The notes: generated by a model not told the origin, from the sequence alone. Shown: positions 43,277 through 56,829, counted from the first letter of the stretch. The stretch: DNA of 64,000 nucleotides from Camelus dromedarius (GCF_036321535.1 NC_087436.1:91328001-91392000), one strand, 5' to 3'. Translations and numbers: made by a program.

Positions 43277-43525
43277 TTTTTTTTTAATTTTTAAAATATT
43301 TTTATTTTTTTATGAAAGTACAGTCAGTTTACAATGTGTTAATTTCTGGTGTAGAGCATAATGTTTCAGTTATACATATACATACGTATATTCATTTTCA
43401 TATTATTTTTCATTATAGATTGCTATAAGATATTGAATATAGCTCCTTGTACTATACAGTAGAAACTTATTGTTTATCTATTATATATATTATATATATA
43501 TACTATATATATAGTAGTTAGTACT
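43277..43525 (-). mobile_element. L1 3'-end fragment
   Basis: T-rich tail then gaaagtacagtcagtttacaatgtg..cattatagattgctataagatattgaatatag; homologous to the start of the 20003 element. Confidence 0.85.
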
Positions 43526-46399
43526 GTTCTTCATTTTTTATTTTTTGCCTAGATTCTGCCAGTTGGTAGTGGAAATCACCTACAGATGGAGAGCAGACAG
43601 GATCTGTCTTCAAATTAGGGTGAAATTTCCATTTCACTTGTGCTGTTGTCAGCATGTAGAAACTGAAACAGATGCATTTATAGCATAGTTAGAGCTGTCA
43701 TTGAAATTTTGATTCCAAATAGTCAAAGTTTCCTATGCTGTTACTGTGTGCCTTTTTGCAACATCCATCACTACGGCTGTTCTCTATCTGCAAAATGTCA
43801 TATCTCGTATGTTAGTCATTCCATTAACCACTAGTAGTGTAAAAATACCCCATAGGTTGGCGTTATGCACTTGTCATATGGGTTTTTCACGTTTCAGGGG
43901 GGGGGTTAATTGGGCAATTTTTAAAAAAGCTAAATGGAAACCTGACTAGAGAACCACTCATTTCTCATTCATATCAGTACTCACCATTTTATTTCTACAT
44001 CCACTTGTTCATTCATTTGTTGTTGATTTTTTTGTTTAATTTTTCTTTTTTTTTTTTTTTAATTTGACAACCAAATTAAATGTTGATGCTACAGTTACGA
44101 ATAAGAAACACACGGTGGACTTACAGAGTTTTTCATCAGTAAATAATTCTGGGTGTAAAGAAAGCTAACAAAATAAAAGCACAGATGCCAAAGGAGCACA
44201 TGTGGATCTCAAGTGATCCGGGAGAAAGAGGGAGATCTACCAGAAGACATTTGGCCTACACCTGAAAAGCAAGATAGAGAAAAGAAAAGAAATCCAGAAG
44301 GCAGAATGTAGAAAGAGAAAGCTGCAGAAATCAGTGGAGAACTGAGCCTTTTAAGCCACATCAAAGGCTACGGATTTTTCCTGGTGATGATGGGAAGCCG
44401 ATGAACGTTTGGAAACTTGACAGTAGATGACCAGAAAGCTTTTAGACTCTCACTGTGGTTGCAGAGGAAGGAAGGTAAGAGTTTATGTATGACCAGTTGG
44501 AATCCCATCACAATAACCCAGGGGAGAGATTATCTATTTAAACAGGGTGGTAAACACGGAATGGAGAGAAGTGAAGTAACTGGAAAGACCCAGGTCTGTC
44601 AGAAATACATTCGTTTCTTAGAATATATCTATTCTTTTCCCAGCACACCTGATACAAATGCGTCTGGTGAGCTTAACCCTTTTATAAGACTTTTATAACC
44701 ATTATAACAACTTTTGTTGGTAATTAAAACTGTAAGTTAGAAGAGCAGCAGATGCAAATGGAAATCCACCTCAATTGTTCACCGTGGACTGGCAAGCCCC
44801 ACTTAACCTTCAGGGATTCGCTTTTCTTGGTTATATGGTAGAAAACCCACAATATTTAGCAGATAATACATACATAAAGTACTTTATAAACCACAAATAG
44901 AAATATTGCTATAAGTAGAAGAAAGTAAATTCAGATAGATTAGTAGCAATACTTATGCACCTGGAGCAAGAATAAACTATCCTTAAAGAGACATTGGGGA
45001 AGGAGAAGCTTTATAGTCTATTACACATTCTAAGTCACAGCCTGTTGACTGTTTCATCTATTTGTCACATCAAACATCTGCAGGAATCCCATTAGCCTGC
45101 ATAAAACAGTTTAGAGGCGAGCTTTGCAATGATAATGTCAGTATCTTTTTCTACTGCATGATATGTGAACATTATCAGCATGTCCTCCCCTTCCTGTGAA
45201 GACCACCAGAAGGCTGGCCCAGCACTGTCCATAAACGGTATCTATAACATAGATGTCATTTATATCATGTGTCCCCAGAGCCATAAAAATGCATATTAAG
45301 TGCTTCAAGTGTTCCTAGGTTAGTGAGCATACTTCTCATATTTTTCTTTACTGGTAACTTTCATATCTCTTTGATAATGGCAAAAAATTACAATAACCTC
45401 TAAAGTAAATGCCTCTCTGATTTCCTGGCATGAATCTATGTTTTCTGAGTTCCCAGTTAGGAAACAGTCTACATAATTATGGGTTGGCTTTGAATCTTCT
45501 CATTTAAATTGCTCTTTGCTGCAAGAGTAATTCTAAATGGCCACATACAAATAACTTCAGATTATTTGGAAAGATGATACCATTGGAGTTAGTCTCTGGA
45601 TTTAGATAAATTAAATCTATCCATTGGATAGAGTTTTAAAGTAGCAGTGTTTAGATGTAGATGTGAGGTGAGGCATTGAAACTACTCTTTAATTTATTGC
45701 CAAAAACTTTAGATCTTTCTTCATGGAGGCTTGAGCATCTGCTTTAGCCAGCAATTCTTTAAGTCACAGGCTAAAGGCAGACATGCCTTTGATCCTAAAA
45801 ATGTGTCAGTTAATGTCACTGGAGGTAGCTGTAAAGGAGTTTCCCCCTGTGTTAGCTTTTCCTTCCCTGCTTGACTTTGCTACATTATTCATGGTCACCT
45901 TTAGTCCATCTGGTGACACGTTTCTCTTTATTCCTAGCTCTATGTCCATGAGATATCACTGCCAAGCCGGATGCTGTTTGACTAACATTCTCTCATGCAA
46001 AAAGCAACTAATGAAAGCTGTTTGGTCGAATCTTACTCCCTTGCCTCCTAGCCACCCTGACGTCAGTGACACGTTGCTTGAACAAGAGTCCCATTTAATT
46101 TGCTCTCTTTTGTGCTGATCTGACTTGCCCTTAAATGTGATTTCTGGCAACCACAGCTATTTAATTCCATAGGCTATTTTGCTTCAGACTATCAGAACTG
46201 AAGAAAGCTGAATGTTGCTATGTAAGCGATAACATGTAGATAAATAAGCATTCTGGGACACGTGTTACGGTAATGTTTCGTTATCTTACATTCTTCACGA
46301 ATTTGAGGTATTGATTAGCTGAGCTAATTTAACTACATCTTTCATTTTAAACTTTATTTGCTTAAGCTGTATAATTTCCTTTTTCTGTTTTGGGTTTTT

Positions 46400-46545
46400 T
46401 ATTTTGTTTTGTTTTGTTTGTTCGTTTATTTAGGAGGGGTAATTAGGTTTATTTGTTTATTTATTTTTAATGGCGGTACTGGGGATTGAACCCAGGACCT
46501 TGGGCATGCTAAGCATGTGCTCTACCATTCAGCTATATCCTCCCT
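46400..46545 (-). mobile_element. tRNA-derived SINE (camelid Vic-1 type) with extended tail
   Basis: Reverse complement reads GGGAGGATATAGCTGAATGGTAGAGCACATGCTTAGCATGCCCAAGGTCCTGGGTTCAATCCCCAGTACCGCCA (A and B boxes) plus an A-rich tail. TSD core ctgttttg at 46385 and 46547. Confidence 0.88.
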
Positions 46546-49365
46546 ACTGTTTTGTTTTTTAAAGAGGTTGTAAGAATTTACTTGTATGACTTAGCAAGTA
46601 TGTTAGAATATGAGTGACACACTTCCTCATGAGTGAGGATCTGCTTCAGCTTTCACACTCTTACAGTCCTGGCTACTTATGCAGATCTTTGTACACAGGG
46701 TAGGGCAGGCAGTCGAACAATTATGGGTCTCTCGACACGTACCAAAAGGTATGATTAGTTTACTACACTCTTCCTTTTTTGTTAGTCAAATAGGTTACCA
46801 TAAAAAGTCTTTACATAGTTACTACTTTGTCCTTTTTGCCATAAGCATGCCATGAAACTTGAGTCCTTCCACTGTGAAGAACAAACACACTTTGTTTTTT
46901 GTGTGGCATGATTTGAGGACTACACTACTGCAGTGTGTCAATAACCGCCTCTTCTCTTACCAGTGTCTGGAATTTTTCTATTAGGAATTCATTCTCATGT
47001 CTTTTAACTTTATTAGTTCTTTTCTCTTTAAATGTGTACATAATTCTAGAGTAGATAAAGGAAATTAAACTGCTTTACAATAGAGTCTGAGTGACCTGGT
47101 TCAATGTTACTTTTAAAGCAAGAAAGCAGTTAGAATATTGGACATGTGTTACATGGTTGAGGGCTGAGATGGAGAAATGGGAGTTGAAGCGCCCCTGAAG
47201 GACACTTGATCTATTCTACAGTGTTCCCTGGTACCCAACACCTTCCTGTAAAATGATTGCCTAACACTTGGACCAATGATAGCAGTCTAGGTCTGGACTC
47301 AAGTCAAAAAAAATCCCAGAAATCCCAGTGAGAGAGCTACAGACATTTCAGTCTTCCCCGTATAATCGTCAGTCCACCCAGTGAAGATGTAATAGTTTCT
47401 TCAGTTAGCCTGTCATCTTAAAGTTGAGTAAAATCATGTTCTACATTATTACTCCCTTGTTTCATTTCAGATTATATTTATAGCTTGGATCATTGTGCCA
47501 AAGGATCCTCAATCCATCCTAGGCACGCTGAGAGAGCTTCTTGGACATTTGCCACAGGACGATGTTCCCTTCAACTATGAGCACATGGACACAGCACAAT
47601 GTTCCTATGAGCCCAAGGAGCCCAAGCCATTCCATTTCCAGTAAATAATTTATATAATTTATAATGAGGGGAAAAGAACAAAATAAAGTATAATATTTCT
47701 TCCAGTGTTCCCATCTTTCACTGTCGAAAGAAAAAATTTTTTTCCTTGTAATTCTATAATATTTCTTTTAGCAAACAGAAGAATCCCACTTCATACACCC
47801 AATGATAAAGGGAAAAAAATGTAACCAGACATTATTAATGTTATTCTGGAAATAAAAGAAGGAAGTAAGTCACTTAAAGGGAAAGGACAGTGACTAGGGC
47901 GTGTCCTTTGATCGTGTATGGGGACGGTTGGCTTGGGCCTTTGTAATTGTTTAAAAGAGAAATCTCTGGCAGAGTTTTGAAAAAGCAGTAGGTGATACTT
48001 GATTATTAACATTATCACGAATAGATAAGAAAGGGACTTTGCTGAAAAGTTTCCTAAACTGATGTCTGTTGCTTGGATAAGTGAACTTTCCATTCAGTGC
48101 CTCATTAAAAACTAGTTAATTTGAGGCCTCATCAGAACAAAAAAGTCTTCCCTGATCTTGGGGAAAAAGTCCTGAAAGAATTACTATGTACTAAGTAGAT
48201 GTATTTATTGTGTATTTCTTTCAACACTTTTATTTTCTTTCAGTATTTTTACCCAAAGAGATTTCCATTTCATAAATTTACATGCTTTCCTTATATCCCC
48301 ACAGCATGATTAGTTTCATCTCCAAAGAGTTAATCACTAGTAATTTTGCTGCAGAGTATTTCTGAAGACGTTCTTTATCACGCATAAGGTAAAGCCACTC
48401 GCTCTTTACTCAGGAAATGTGCTCCTTCCAGTTTTGCATGATTTGGAGTTATTAAAGTCCAAATAGCCACAGACATAATATTAATCTCTACATTATTGGT
48501 TTTATATGTTAATTTTTCTCTACATGCATATCGTATTGCCGTTTGTCTAAGAGAACCACAGACCTGACATTTTAGTGGTTCTGAGACTGACCATGGATCC
48601 GTATAGAATGATCACTTTGGTTGGCCTCAGCATACAGACAACATAGATTCTTCTCCTAATATAAGACCTTTAGAGAATTCCTGATTGAAGTTATCTGCTG
48701 ACAACACACAGCAGCTTTATATCCCAATACGACCCCTTGTCCTTTTTCAGCTGCCATATTTATTTTTAGATGTCTCACACTGTTGCCAAACAGAATTGAT
48801 GATCATTTCACAAATAACCCTGGATTTTCTAATTGAGTCATTGCTTGCACTATTTTACTACCTGGAATTTCCTTCTGCATTCAAAAAGAGTTAATTGATC
48901 TTCCAAAATAGTCTCAAATTCTACCTCCTGATTGACAAAGCAAGACCAGATCTGTCTCTAACGCAAATACCCACGGAACTTGGTTTGTAATTCTATAATT
49001 ACAGATACATAATGCTTTATATTAATAGTCATTTACATACTTATTCCTTTCCTGCTTTGTAATGTTTCTAAAAGCCCAGTAATGGGCTTCTTTATCAACT
49101 CTGTCCATGTAGCACCTGCTGTGTGTGTGTATACATATGTATATATATGTATATTTTATATAATAAAACAGTGGATAATTAGTAAATTGATGTGAAGGAT
49201 GAACAAGAAAGAACTCAGAAAATGATTATCTTTAAGAGGAAATGAAAAATAAAAGCAAAAGCAGCACTTTCCTTCACAAAACTGGTATCCTTGTGTGCAG
49301 AAAAGCTAGCACCTGAGTTGTAAGAAGCTCCTCTTTTCATTTTGTTGTTATATAGTTCATGAAGC

Positions 49366-49835
49366 TGTTACGGAAATGACAATGTTACGGAAACGACAGG
49401 CCAGTCAAGAAACAAGCACCACTCGGAGGGTTGGAGTACTCAGATGTATTACGCTGGCGGGCTCAGAGGGGCTTCTGCTCTGAAGCTCTGAGCACCTTCA
49501 AGATGTGCACATGAGGTTTTATAGGGTAAAGTACAAGCTTGGGGTATTCGGCCAATAGGCATGGAACAGCTTTAGCAGCATTATCATCACAAAAGTGGAG
49601 GCTGGGAGGCAGCTAACCAACATTCCAAAGCCAGATATGTATCTTTGAAAACCCAGCTGGCTAGCAAAAACACATAAACAGCAAACCAACACTAATTAAC
49701 CTAGATTTACAAGTTAGTCTAGCAGAACTCAGATCAGTATTCCAATACTTAGACTTGTTAGCCCAGCCCAGCCTCTCCTTCACATTCCTAGACCTGTGAG
49801 TTATCTTGTTAGTCCAGCCTGGTTTTTCCTTCACA
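49366..49835 (-). mobile_element. ERV1-type solo LTR (470 bp)
   Basis: TG...CA; TSD AAGC (49362-49365 / 49836-49839); minus-strand TATAAAA at 49517-49523; R region homologous to the 38177 LTR. Confidence 0.9.
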
Positions 49836-49989
49836 AAGCAAAGTCTGAAAATACAAGAGCTTTAGAAGACCCTGACCCAAGGAGCAATTCAATTCAGTTC
49901 AATTCAATTAATACTCAATTCAATAAATTGAACAGAGATTTTAAAATGAAGCCCAGAAAAATATTTTTGATCAATTCATCTTTTGCTCG

Positions 49990-50590
49990 TGAACCAGGAA
50001 AAATGGATGTGGGGGCATGAGGAGGGCCCGCGTCCCAGGCTTCGGTTGAGCCCCTGGGATGTGCCCTGTGAAGTGTGGGTCCTTGGCTTTGCACAGGAAA
50101 GAATTCAAGAGCGAGCCATAGTTGAGTAAAGGTAGATTTACTTAGAGAGATACATTGAAAGTCAAGAGAAAGACCATGAGGTGTGGGGGTTGTGTGCTCA
50201 GATTAGAGTAAAAGTAGACAAAGTGCGGGAGACAGAGAGGCCGTGAGAGGCAATGTTGCCATTTTTATGGGCTTTGGTAGCTTCACATGCAAATAAGTGG
50301 AAGGACCAGTCTTACTAGCCTGGGGAAGGGGCTGAGGTTCCCAGGAAGTTGGCCATTTCCCACTCTTTGACCTTTTGTGGCTAGCCTTGGGACTGCCACG
50401 ACACCTGTGAGCATGTTATTCACCATGCTAATATTACAATAAGCGTATAATGAAGCTCAAGGTCTACTAGAAGTTAAATCTCCCACCATCTTAAGCCTCA
50501 AGGCCTACCGGGGGTTGAATCTTTCACCATTGTGATATTAATTGCTGTAGCATTCCTTGAATGGCTGTGCCCTGCCCCCTTCCTGTCTCA
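49990..50590 (-). mobile_element. ERV1-type solo LTR (~600 bp)
   Basis: TG...CA; imperfect TSD ctcg/ctct; GC-richer than flanks; gcacaggaaagaattcaagagcgagcca is a typical antisense ERV1 LTR R/U5 motif. Confidence 0.8.
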
Positions 50591-53249
50591 CTCTGTCAGT
50601 GGTGGTGGCCAGGAGATCCCTTGATAAGCTGTTCACAATTTATTCTCCACTCAAAGACATTTTAAACATTACACAGACTTTACCAACGTTACTAGCCCTA
50701 CCTATTAGAATTTTATATTCCTAAGCAGCAGATTGCAAAATCCTGACAAAAATAATTATTTAAGGGCCCAGAGGGAGGGAGAGAAGGAGCAATAATAAAA
50801 CATGTCGATGAAGCTAGAGCAAAGGCAACCATGGTGTTATTTTATGTTACAGGACAAGAGACAGAAGCAGAAGAGTGAGGGGAGAAGTCAGCAAAATGCA
50901 GAAAGCACTCGAGAGAAAAAGGAAATTATTGAGAAACGACAGTACAATGAAGGAAATGCAAAAAGAAAAATAAAAAAGGTAAATGCAAGCGAGGATAGTT
51001 TAAGAAGGAGAAAGAAAAAAAAAAGGGGGTCAAAAAGTGAAAAAAATAAACAAAAAAAAAAGAATGGTGGAAAAAGTATGGAGGGAAAATAGGAAGGAGA
51101 AAAGAAGGAGCAGATGAAATACTGAATTTATCAAATCAAATGTACTTTAACTGGTACAAATGGAAAGAATTACATAATATCTAATTCTATTTTATTTGAA
51201 TTTATATAAAAACTGAAGGATTCAGTTTACTTGAAGTCATTTCCCATGGGACAAATAAACAAAGTCCAAACTATTCAAATTAAGCTTTTCAAATACAATT
51301 GTTTTCATCTTTCCTGATTCTCCCAGTATTTCATTTGTGTGTATGTATAGTGCGTGTATGTGTCCGCGGATTTATAGATTCAAGGCTGCTTCCACTAGTG
51401 AGGTTCAATTATATCTTTGCATTTGACAAAATGATTACTTAATTGGAGTTTTCTCAGGGAGTTAACAGAGAAGAAGACAGAGATTAATATTCATTTCAAT
51501 TCCACAATTTGAGGTTTTGAAAAGAGACACCCGCCTGATTTGAAACAATTAAATGATTAATTAACTTTTCCCAATAGAGTGAAACCTCTATTATTAAAAT
51601 TAAAATTTGTTTTATCAGGGTATACCGGTCTGTGAGCTCTACACTATTAATAGCCAAATGCAAAAAGAAATCCTGAAAGAACACAACCCACAGGAGAAAC
51701 AGAAACCACTTATTCGATGGATATTTCACGAATACAATATAAGACATCTTTATAATAACAGAAACAAAGCAAGTTTCAAGTGGCCAGAGAAAGTGTTGCA
51801 GAGGTTTTATGGTCATTTATAGGATGTGTTTAAGGATTTTTGTTGGGATGTAGTTAACACTTGCTAATGACTTACGATCAATATGATTAATGGGCCATTC
51901 TCTCTGCAAATTTGTTTTTTGTGCTGCAAGAAGAAATACTAAGCCTCCGTGGTGAAAAAAATAATTAAGGCATAAACAATGACTGTACAAAGGATAAAAG
52001 CAAAAAAATCTGTCAAAATAGCTCTAGAGCAAGTCCAGAAGGAGCCCAGCTCTCTTTCTGGATGTTGCCTCTGACAAGCAACAAGGCAGAAAAGCTTTGC
52101 TGACACTCACCGGAGATTTTAATTTATTTCAACAGAAGCACTTCCAAGATCACTGATTTGTAAAATGTGCCCATAGCTGAGCCCTGAGGAGCACTTCCAA
52201 AGAACAACGTATCATTTTCCTCTTTGCCAAATCTATTTATTTATTATTGCATTCACACAACGCACTTATTCCCCTGGCCTCAGGACAGATTATTTTTTTA
52301 AAGCCATTAAAAGAATCCCAGCTATTCTGTCTTAGCACTGGAAATTGTAAGGAAGGTAAACACACAGGCACACAAACACAAAAGCCTATACTCTCCAGGA
52401 AAAAGTACTTGTAAAACCAGATGGACGCCTCCTGGTGCTAATGCAGGAGGCGACGCGTGTGGCATGGCGCTGTGCCTACTGTCAGGACTGGGGAACAAAG
52501 GGATGTAGATTTGCATTCTGCCTCTCAGACACCTGGGTTCTCTATGGATGATGGAGTGTGGGTTGAGATGAGATGAGGTGATTGCCCAAATCCTTTGCCT
52601 CTGCCTGCCCCCAGAACCAGCTGCCGCAGCCACACCACAGAGCCGCCTGTTCCCACTGGGCCAGAGAGAGTGGATGTGGGGCACCTGAAAACGGACATAA
52701 GTTTCTATCTTAGTCCTTCAGATATTTGCAGGGAGTGAGTTTATGCCTATTGGTTCAGCACAGATCACTTCACTGAGCTCCACATTAACCTGCTGTCTGA
52801 CTTTGCTGTATCACTGGTTCCACAGACTTCTAAAATCTTTTCAGTGCAAAGGAAATTAATAGAATGAAGCAAATTACTGGTTTGAGTAAATCATACTATT
52901 CTTTTATGAACACTTGAAAAATAAGGAGCTCCTAGGCCAAGGGAGGCAGCTCAGAAATGCTGGCCTACACATTGGCTGTCTCGCTGGGGAGCCTCTTGAG
53001 AGCCAGCCTGCATCCTCACTCAAAGGGAGTCAGAGAAAAGAGAAGGGAGGGAAACTCTAAGCTCAAGCCTTTGGCCCTGATTCTGAAATCAGGGCCCAGA
53101 TGCAGAGCAACAATGCCTCGTATTATGGGCTAGATTGTGTTCCCCCCAAATTTGTATGTTGAAGTCCTAACCCCTCCTAGTATCTCAGAATGTGACCCAG
53201 AGGGTCCTGGAAGATGAAATTAAGTTAAAATGATGTCCTCAGGGTTGGG

Positions 53250-53571
53250 GTGGTGCAGGTGTTCGTGGCTAAAAAGTTACTAATAGCAAATATCAGAGAT
53301 AAGGGGGGATTCTGGCTAAACTGCCCTTAGTAGGATTCTGGCTGAAAGCAGGCCAGGATGATCAGACACCACCTGGAGGGTGATAGAGGAGGAGAAACTC
53401 CATCAGATATCCAGGGTGATCACATAGCAAGCGTGGGGGATTCTGGCTCACCTGACCTAGCAGGATGCAGGATTCTCCAAAGGAACACAGAAGCCCAAAA
53501 GTTACAGCCTAGTTGAGAAGAGAATTCAGGTAAGCTTAGGTAGAGCTTGGTCGAAGAGAGAATCTTTATAA
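53250..53571 (-). mobile_element. Partial ERV1-class LTR nested in the MLT1
   Basis: Interrupts MLT1 between agggt(t)gg and gtcctaatccaat; internal repeats of gggggattctggct; right end resembles an antisense LTR 5' terminus. Confidence 0.6.
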
Positions 53572-53668
53572 GTCCTAATCCAATGTGACTACTGTTCTTA
53601 TAGGAAGAGGAGATGAGGACACACGTGGAGACAGAGGGACGACCATGTGAGGATACAGTGGGTCCTGC

Positions 53669-54205
53669 TCTTAGGTAGTTAGATAAGTGAGGCACCAGGC
53701 AGATAAGGTGGAGGAGAGGGAGGATGGTCCAGAAGATGGCATTATGCCTGCCTCCAGCATAAAGGGGCTTTAATTCCTCTAAATGAGGGCCAGCAAGAAA
53801 CAGTTTAGAACCCGACAGCCATGACTGCATGGTAACAGACAGGATTTAACCGTACACGACCCAGTGTTCATTGAATTATAACCTTATGGCTTAGGGCCCC
53901 TCTTGGGTTTTGCTGTGTACACCATGGGTAAGGACATGCGCAAAAGGGGCCAAACATGACTAGGACTCCAGGGACAAGAGCAGTCAATCAAGAGACCACC
54001 TCCAAGCGAGGGTGTAAGAGAAAGGGCAGACAGGAACTGCTGCTTTTCCTTAATTGGATCAGCCCACCTCCTGTTCTTGGAGGTGCACTTTTTCTTTTCT
54101 AAATAAATCTTTTAAAGTCTTTCACTACACAACGCACTGTATCCCAACTGTAAACTTATCTTTCGGGTAAGACAAAAACTGGGGTCTTTACCTTTTGGGG
54201 TAACA
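53669..54205 (+). mobile_element. Solo ERV LTR nested in the MLT1
   Basis: Starts tcttaggtagttagataag (TG apparently mutated), ends ..gggtaaCA; AATAAA near 54102; imperfect TSD ctgc/ctac. Confidence 0.75.
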
Positions 54206-55249
54206 CTACCATCTCCAAGCCAAGTAGAGACGTCTCAGAAGACATCAACTCTGCTGACACCTTGATCCTGGACTTCCAGCCTCCAGAACTGTGAGAAAAT
54301 AAATTTTGTGGTCTGAGCCACCCAGTCTGTGGTCCCCTGTTATGGCAACTCTAACAAACTAATCCACCTCGTAATGACTACCTCCATGTGGAAACTGCAC
54401 ATCTGACATTCTTGTTCAATATCTTTCTTGGAAAATATTGACCAGACACTGAGCCTGACAGTGAATTCTTTCATCATCAGGATAAATTTTCATTCATTGA
54501 AACTGTGGGTGGAGAAATATTTGTAAAAGGACCACAGAGTGAGTTAAGAAAAACAAACATTGCAGGGATAGAAAACTTTGATTTGGAATTACAGGAACAC
54601 CTGAATTTGGGGTTTAGATATAACCCAAAACTTTGCCATCTCTGGTTTTGGTCCATAAATGGAGGAAAGTGGGCTAGGTTTTAGCAGTGCCAAAGGGAGC
54701 AAGGACAAGTTGAAGGAAGGAAAACAGAGCACATAGGAAGCAATGCATTATTTATGGTAAATTCAGAATGAATTCACCCTTCCTGACAATTACATTCTAT
54801 TCTAAAGACCAGTAAAATGACCTTAGGGGTAAGGAGAAGTTGAGCGCCCTGTTTTTGCTTGTTTGGTTAGCTGGTTGGTTTTTCACTGAGGCTTGGCTCC
54901 TCCAGGGCACTGATTCACTTATCCAATATTTATCTTGGTAAGTTTATTTTCTTCTTTCCTCACCACATGCTCATTAGTGGTTTTGGGGGCTCTCAGTTCT
55001 AAAACTATCTGGGTGTGACTCATGGTGTGAATCACTAAGGAAAATGGAGGAAGAACTAGTGGTGAGGGCTGCCTCCTGTTTCCTCCTTTATCCTGCCATC
55101 TCTGTAAAATTCTGAGTTTGGAGACTTGCCTTGGAAACATCTAGGGTAGCACTTACTCTATGACCTTGTCCTGGCTGAAAGTTTGATATACATTCTTTTA
55201 CTTAGTCCCTGAATTTGGACACACTTTGGTTCTTTCTAGCTTTCTAGGT

Positions 55250-55600
55250 TTTGCTTCTTTCTAGCTGTGTGATCTTGAGCACATGAAATAACCTTCCTGG
55301 ATCTCTGTTCTCATCTATAAGACACATTTTGTTATTATTTCTTGGAGGGTTATAGGAGATGATGGACAGAGAATGCTTAGTACAGTCCTTGGCACATGGT
55401 AAGATGGGCAAAGCTCAAAAGATATTTGTTGTGGTGATGAATATAATGAAAATGACAAGGACGTACTAGTAATCCTATTTTATTGCTACAAATATTGAAG
55501 CTCAGAAGCTACATAATCAGTCCAAGGTGACACAACTGGTAGGTTACATTACTGGAATTCTAACCTAAGTCTGTGAGCTTTATCACTTTGTTATATTGCT
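55250..55600. mobile_element. Two MIR fragments in opposite orientation
   Basis: ctagctgtgtgatcttgagc..ctgttctcatctataa..atgcttagtacagtccttggcacatggtaa; then cctattttat..tccaaggtgacacaactggt. Confidence 0.65.
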
Positions 55601-56829
55601 TCTTAACCCATGATCACTGGACCTCCACGATATGGTAGTGATGATGCTACTATCTGGAATTACAAAATAAATAGTGCTATGAACCTAAAAAAGAAAGGAA
55701 CTTATGTCTTCTGCCTTATCCCCTTAAATACTTTGGCCACTGAAGTTGAGACATACATTACACTTTCATTTTTGTTGTAAGGGGGCACAATCATTTTTAA
55801 AGAAAGCTATACAATCATATTTTTATTTTACATTACTTGTTTATTTTTGTTTTCATGAGAGGGTATGCCCTAAAGTATCCTGTGAATTGATTCCTGATGG
55901 AGCACTTCATTTAATGGTACTAGATCTCCTTTTAAGCTTTCAGAGTTCCGTAGTATTACTTCTTTTGTTTTACACAGGACGGCTTATTTACTTGATACCT
56001 TCAAGATGCATTTCGTGGTGTAAACCGATAGTATGCACAATTATTATACTTTACTTAGAAAAGTCAGCTATCTGAAGAGAATGAGCAAAAGAAGAAGCTT
56101 TCCTATTATTAAATATCAAAAACATAATAATTCCAGCAATATTGTAACAAATGAATTAAAGGAAGGCCACGGAGAATTAAGACTGCAGGCCTGCCACTAA
56201 GTCACCCCAAGAGAAATCGCAGTAGTCCTGGCAACCTGAACAGTGAAACGTAATTCAATTGCTTCGCTCTCAAGGCACAGTGAGTTAAGAGAAGCTCTGA
56301 CCCAAAGTGATAAAAATAGATGTTTTGTTGGTTTATTTTTTCCTTCTTTAACAAAATATAGAAAAACATGTAACTTTATACTGACATTGTATTACTTTTA
56401 TCAACCGAAACTGAAGAAGAATTATTTGAGTGGGCTACTACGTCTGGTGCCAGTTTGACATTGCACAATGAGTCTTCTTGGTTTAGTAGCAAATTTGGGG
56501 TCACATGCATAACACAGTGTCAAACTCAGAGCTGAACTGGTTTTCAGATAATTTTGCAAATCAGACAGAAAACCAAACTGTTCTTGAGTTGTCTGGATAT
56601 AGGAAAATAATGGGGTGTTTTTGTGAGGATTAGTCTACCATCATCTTTCTCATTTAAAGGAATGTAGTGACATGAAAGTGACATTTTAAAATAAAAACGA
56701 TCTTACAAATGTTAAAATTGAGGTAAATAGAAAAAACAAGGCAAATTCCAATACTTCATTATTAGTAATAATTTGCTTACAAAGTGCCACCATAAACTTT
56801 GCCTTAATAGTGTATCAAGAGCCGGCGGG

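Larger units (their letters stand above)
53121..54366 (+). mobile_element. MLT1A/B MaLR LTR split by two nested LTR insertions
   Basis: MLT1 pieces at 53121-~53250, 53572-53668 and 54206-54366; 5-bp TSD CCTCG (53116-53120 / 54367-54371). Confidence 0.88.

Noticed and set aside
49366..50590. Adjacent LTRs as the two ends of one provirus
   Set aside because: The LTRs are dissimilar, each has its own TSD, and no PBS or gag/pol/env lies between them.
50802..51092. Lys/Glu-rich 96-aa ORF
   Set aside because: Product of A/G-rich low-complexity DNA; no splice or homology support.
53073..53096. 10-bp perfect hairpin ggccctgatt-ctga-aatcagggcc
   Set aside because: A single stem of this size is plausible by chance in 64 kb; no supporting context.
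53420..53830. 136-aa minus-strand ORF
   Set aside because: Crosses junctions of three unrelated LTR pieces; no recognisable homology.
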